In this document: piece by piece, positions 60,146 through 64,000 of the stretch
How positions within the stretch are numbered: the first letter of the stretch is position 1
How the letters are laid out: every line of letters starts with the position of its first letter
DNA from: Raillietiella orientalis
Taxonomy: Eukaryota
Direction of reading: 5' to 3'
Length of the DNA: 64,000 bases
NCBI GenBank assembly: GCA_036172245.1
Contig: JAYWIR010000096.1
Coordinates: forward strand, 124,001 to 188,000
Made by a program: the position numbers and the translations under genes
Notes under the pieces: generated by a model
What the model saw: only the letters and a program-made list of their open reading frames with translations
Databases searched by the model: none
Told to the model about the DNA's origin: nothing

Positions 60146-61298
60146 TCACCCTGTACGCTCTCAGCAACAACTCAAAGTAGGTGCTGAAGAGCAGGGATGT
60201 GAGGCTATCTCCCTGCCTTATGCCTTGCCGCACCGGCACGCCATACACCTTGTGAACGCTGAAACAGACGGTCATCATCGCATTCCGACAGCAAGAGCGC
60301 AAGTAAGAAAGCAGGGAGGGTGGGAAGCCCACGCAACGCAAGACCTCTGAAAGTAGTTCCTGGTCTACACAGTCGAACAGCATGTGGAGATGGACTGCGA
60401 GTGCGAGGGCACCCTTCCCCGCTCAAGGTTTTCTTTTCAGTCTGGATTGCGGGCCCAATGTGGGGTTGCTGACTTTCCCTATCCCTTTATTCTCTCTTCT
60501 CTGCAGGTGCACCCATGTGCTTTCGAAGGAGAGGTTGGCATCCATACTTCTCCCGGGAACAGCATAAGTCTGCTTCGGGCTAATTACGGATGCTGCCTCC
60601 TGCCCCAGACGCGAAGCTCATAGCCCTGCTATTAACTTGACGTCCGTCTTCACGATCGTGATAAGACGCTAGTTCTTTACATATCTGAGGTTTCCCCCTT
60701 TCGGAAGGAGCCTCACTCTGGCTGATCGAAATGAGGCGGGAACATCGTCTTCGTCTCGGATCAGCCTGAACAACTTAAGCAACAGGGGTTCCAGCGCTCC
60801 CGCGAAGCTCTAAAAGAACTCCGCGGGCAAGCCGTCTTCCCCTGGAGCCTTACGCCTTTTAAGCCTTTTCATACTGGTGAAAATTTTGCCGGTGGTAAAA
60901 GGCTTGTCGAGGCTTTCCATCTCCTCCTCCACTATTGCCGGGGCACCATCCGGAAGCAAGCGCCGAAAGGCGTCTCGATCCGGAAGCTCCCTGGTGTGAA
61001 GGGAGAAATAAAAACCTTGCATGAGATGCCGTACCGACGCCGGGGACGAACATTCCCGGCCCTGGTCGTCCAGCAAGCTGGGTAACCCGTATTGCCAGGC
61101 TTGGCGTTCGGCCCCGGCGCGGTACTCGGATAGGCGACGGACATTAGGGATTCTCTCGTACCTACGAGCCTGTAAATAAGCCCGATGCTTGCAAGGACCC
61201 TCGCCGAATCCGGGGGCAGGCGGTTTAAGGGGAACTGCTAGCAGAACTCCCGGTCCAAGGCCATAAAAAGGTCCCAATCCGTAAGACTCTGGAGCGTC
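60146..61298 (-). mobile_element. E/F-type ORF2 linker and RT N-half, fused in frame to A4
   Basis: TLQSLTDW...KAPGEDGLPAEFF...HKVYGVPVRQGIRQGDS. Confidence 0.8.
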
Positions 61299-62081
61299 GA
61301 GCGGACGTGTCTTTTCGCTGCTCCTGAGTTTCATTTCCATTGGTGCTTGTGCGTGGTGTGGGTGGAGGATTAGGCAGCAATGCCTGATACCACCACCGAC
61401 GAGGATCCGAAAGCGATGACCTCATTGCCACCGGAGGAGCTGGAGATGGGGCTTTCGCATCAGTGGAGGCTCCCGAGACCACGGATGCGCCCCCGGCCCT
61501 ACCCAGGGCTTGGAACACCGTGGCTGCGGCACCTACGCCAGCGGAAAGCCTACTCCTTTTGTCGATTACGACGAGGTGCTTGGCGGCCTGAGTGCAGCGC
61601 GAGAGACGGTTCGCGAAGGGTGTGAGTTTCCCCACAAACTCACCTTCAACGGTGAATCCGTTGACGTGTAGTACGTGGGGAAACCCAAGTTCTGCGGCTG
61701 CTGCAGCAGCTTTGGTCACCTCAAAATGAGTTGTCCGAGCGTGCAGTGCCATCAATGTGAACTAGCGGGGCACACCCGTCTGATGTGCCCCCAAAACACA
61801 GTCCGCGTTATGTCCGCAAAAAACGCGAGTAAGCGCACGGCTAAAAAAAGAAAGAAGTTGGCAGCTCGTGCTGCTGCTAAGGAATTCACCTACGCCACCA
61901 AGGCGAAGGCCAGCCCCGACAACCCGGCGAAAAACGCCGAAAAGGTCGAGGGCGAGGGTCAAGAGCCAGGTTGGCAGAAGGTCGACTCCAAGAAGAAGTC
62001 CTCTAAGAAGGGCGAAAACGTACAGAAACGGAGCGAAACCGCTCCGCGCCACGAAAAAACCAAAACCTGCTGCGTCGTCGT
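61299..62081 (+). mobile_element. Family H copy H2: 5' end plus internally deleted ORF1 (from 61380), cut by B3
   Basis: GAGCGGACGTG; CGCCSSFGHLKMSC, CHQCELAGHTRLMC; ends KTCCVVV. Confidence 0.85.
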
Positions 62082-64000
62082 TTATGACCCGGTTGCGCCG
62101 GGACGTTTATTAAAATATCAACTAAGAACTGTGTTCCCAGGCAAGAAGAACAGAAAATGGGGAGTAGATTTCCCAGAACGCAGTCCGGGCACACTGAGAG
62201 TTCGCAACGGGAGGGGGTGAAACAATAAATAAATAAATTGGTTGGGAGGGAGGGGATAGGTGTATACTGTTTAACCGTTCCTATTCTCAGAACCGGCGGT
62301 GAATGCCGCCGATATCCGTCCTCACTTCTGCTCCAAGATGTGGCCACCCAGCAGCCATTTGCAGGTTGCAGGCTGCGGTGTCGGGGACCGATGTTAGGAC
62401 TGCTCGCCTCTGCAATACGTGACGGGCCCTGACAATGGCGCGGACGCAGCGGATGATTGCGACGACCGCTCCAAGAGAAAGTCCGCCACGCGTGTACAAG
62501 CGGCGCATCCAATCCAGTGCGGTGTGTCCAGGGTGCAGGAGCGCTGAAGACAGCCGTTGCCACAGCTCCTGGAGGGCACCGCACTCAAACAGCATATGCG
62601 GAAGCGATTCCACCGCTCCGCATTTGGCACAGTTCGGAGACGCAACTCCCCCGGGAATCAGGTGCGCCCGCTGGTTGCAGTACAAACCCCAATGCACCAG
62701 CAGAAAAGCGTCCTGCTTCCACCAAAGGGGGAAAAGAGTCGCGTCCAAACACGCAGAAGGGACCACAAGTTCATCGGTCGGCACCCCGAGAAGCTCACTT
62801 TACCGGAGAAGCCCCTTTGCAAGAATGCGAGGTGTGACAGCGTCTGCCACTTCGCAAGTCCGTTAGCCGCCCAGCAGTCGGGTTTCGCCTGCGATTTCGC
62901 AAGTGATCTCCCACCTCGCCGGCAGGTCACTGTCATCTCGCACCATCAGTGCACACAGTGCTTCGGCGAGTGGCGTAGCGGCTAGGCGTGTCCACTGGTC
63001 CTGGTCTTCCAGCACCTCCCTTACTGGACAGTATGGGGAAAGTTCCACGCAACGGAGTTCCAAACGGGACACATCCTGTTGCGCTGCCCAGGACGATAAG
63101 GCTTCCTGCCTTTAGGCGTTGAAGTTCGCAACCGGCAGGAGATCCACTCATGCTTTCCCAGAAGCGTGGCGAGCTGCTTCAAAGGGAAGCCGAATCCTCT
63201 CTGGGCGCCCTCCGCGCGCAGATTCAACGAACGTAGTCCGTCGCCACCCGTGCTGCGCCGCAGCAGCAGCCGCGCTAAAGCACACCAGGGAGTAGTCCAG
63301 AGCTGCGCACAGAGTGCCAGCATGCGGAACTGCACTAGCAGTCCGATCCGCTCCAGCGTGAGGATGCCCAATCCTGCATCCCGCCGAGGAGCCGCCAAGT
63401 CCTTCAGGCGTATCCTTGACTTCGCCGGTCCCCAGAGGGCGTTACGCAACAGGCGTTGCGCCCGGCTCTTAGCCGAGTGGGGAGGCGGACAAACAAGAAA
63501 GAGGGGACGGAGGAGGCAGGCAACGAAAATGTTCCACACAAAGACCCGTTCCGACAAGAGAAACCTGCCGCCTTGGAACGAGCCCAGAGCAGTCTCGGCC
63601 TTATGAAGGCAGTCCGAGCACGATTCTGCTGGACAGAAGGCGCCCAACGGAACGCCGAGGTACTTCAAGCACCAGCCCGTGAGGATCCCCAGGCGGATCC
63701 AGTCGGACTGCCCCTCCCACGTAAAGCCAACCGGTGGAACGGTTGATTTCGTCCTGTTCACGCTCAGGTCCGCTCCCCGACGAATGAGCTCGAAGAAGTC
63801 CTCGAGCCTGGACGCCGGAGTGGACATGGGCAGCAGCAGGAGAAGGTCGTCAGCATAGGCGGCCACGGCCGATGTTCCCGGGCAGGAGCTCGGCAGGTTG
63901 GCCAGCGTCAGCCTGTACGCCCTCAGCACCAGCTGAAAGAAGATGCTAAAGAGCAGGGGGCTTAAGCCGTCTCCCTGCCTGATACCCCGCCGCATGGGAA
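62082..64000 (-). mobile_element. Family B copy B3: RT C-half to 3' end (ORF2 stop 62287), continuing beyond the window
   Basis: Collinear with B1 8825-10745; RQGD, YADD; AATAAA and hairpin 62088-62111. Confidence 0.92.

Overview
This window looks eukaryotic and is almost entirely (~62.5 of 64 kb) a nested pile of about 30 full-length, truncated or fragmentary L1/Tx1-type non-LTR retrotransposons. Each has an ORF1 with CX2CX4HX4C zinc knuckles and an ORF2 with an APE endonuclease, reverse transcriptase (KAFD/RQGD/YADD) and a C-terminal Cys/His motif. I use informal family labels A, A', H, B, C, D, E, F, G and I. No copy has an intact ORF2. The main signal is that these families insert into one another at recurrent, nucleotide-precise, family-specific sites inside conserved coding motifs. 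A inserts antisense into the RT DLxKAFD codons (3 junctions). B inserts antisense into the ORF1 C(S/C)VVV codons (2). H inserts antisense just before TL(R/Q)xLxDW in the ORF2 linker (2). C inserts in sense orientation 2 nt after the APE GDFN codons (2, possibly 3). All 10 visible 3' ends abut antisense sequence of another element. Shared cis features are a 5' (C)GGACGTG motif, a TAATG/TGATG stop-start ORF1-ORF2 overlap (TAACA/TAACC in D/E), and a 3' AATAAA followed by a CCCGG..CCGGG hairpin and only a ~4-nt tail. The APE domain is ~17-19 aa shorter than human L1 EN in the region of the target-contacting hairpin. One AT-rich ~1.5 kb island (43270-44780) is unrelated. All boundaries were read by eye and internal ones are approximate.
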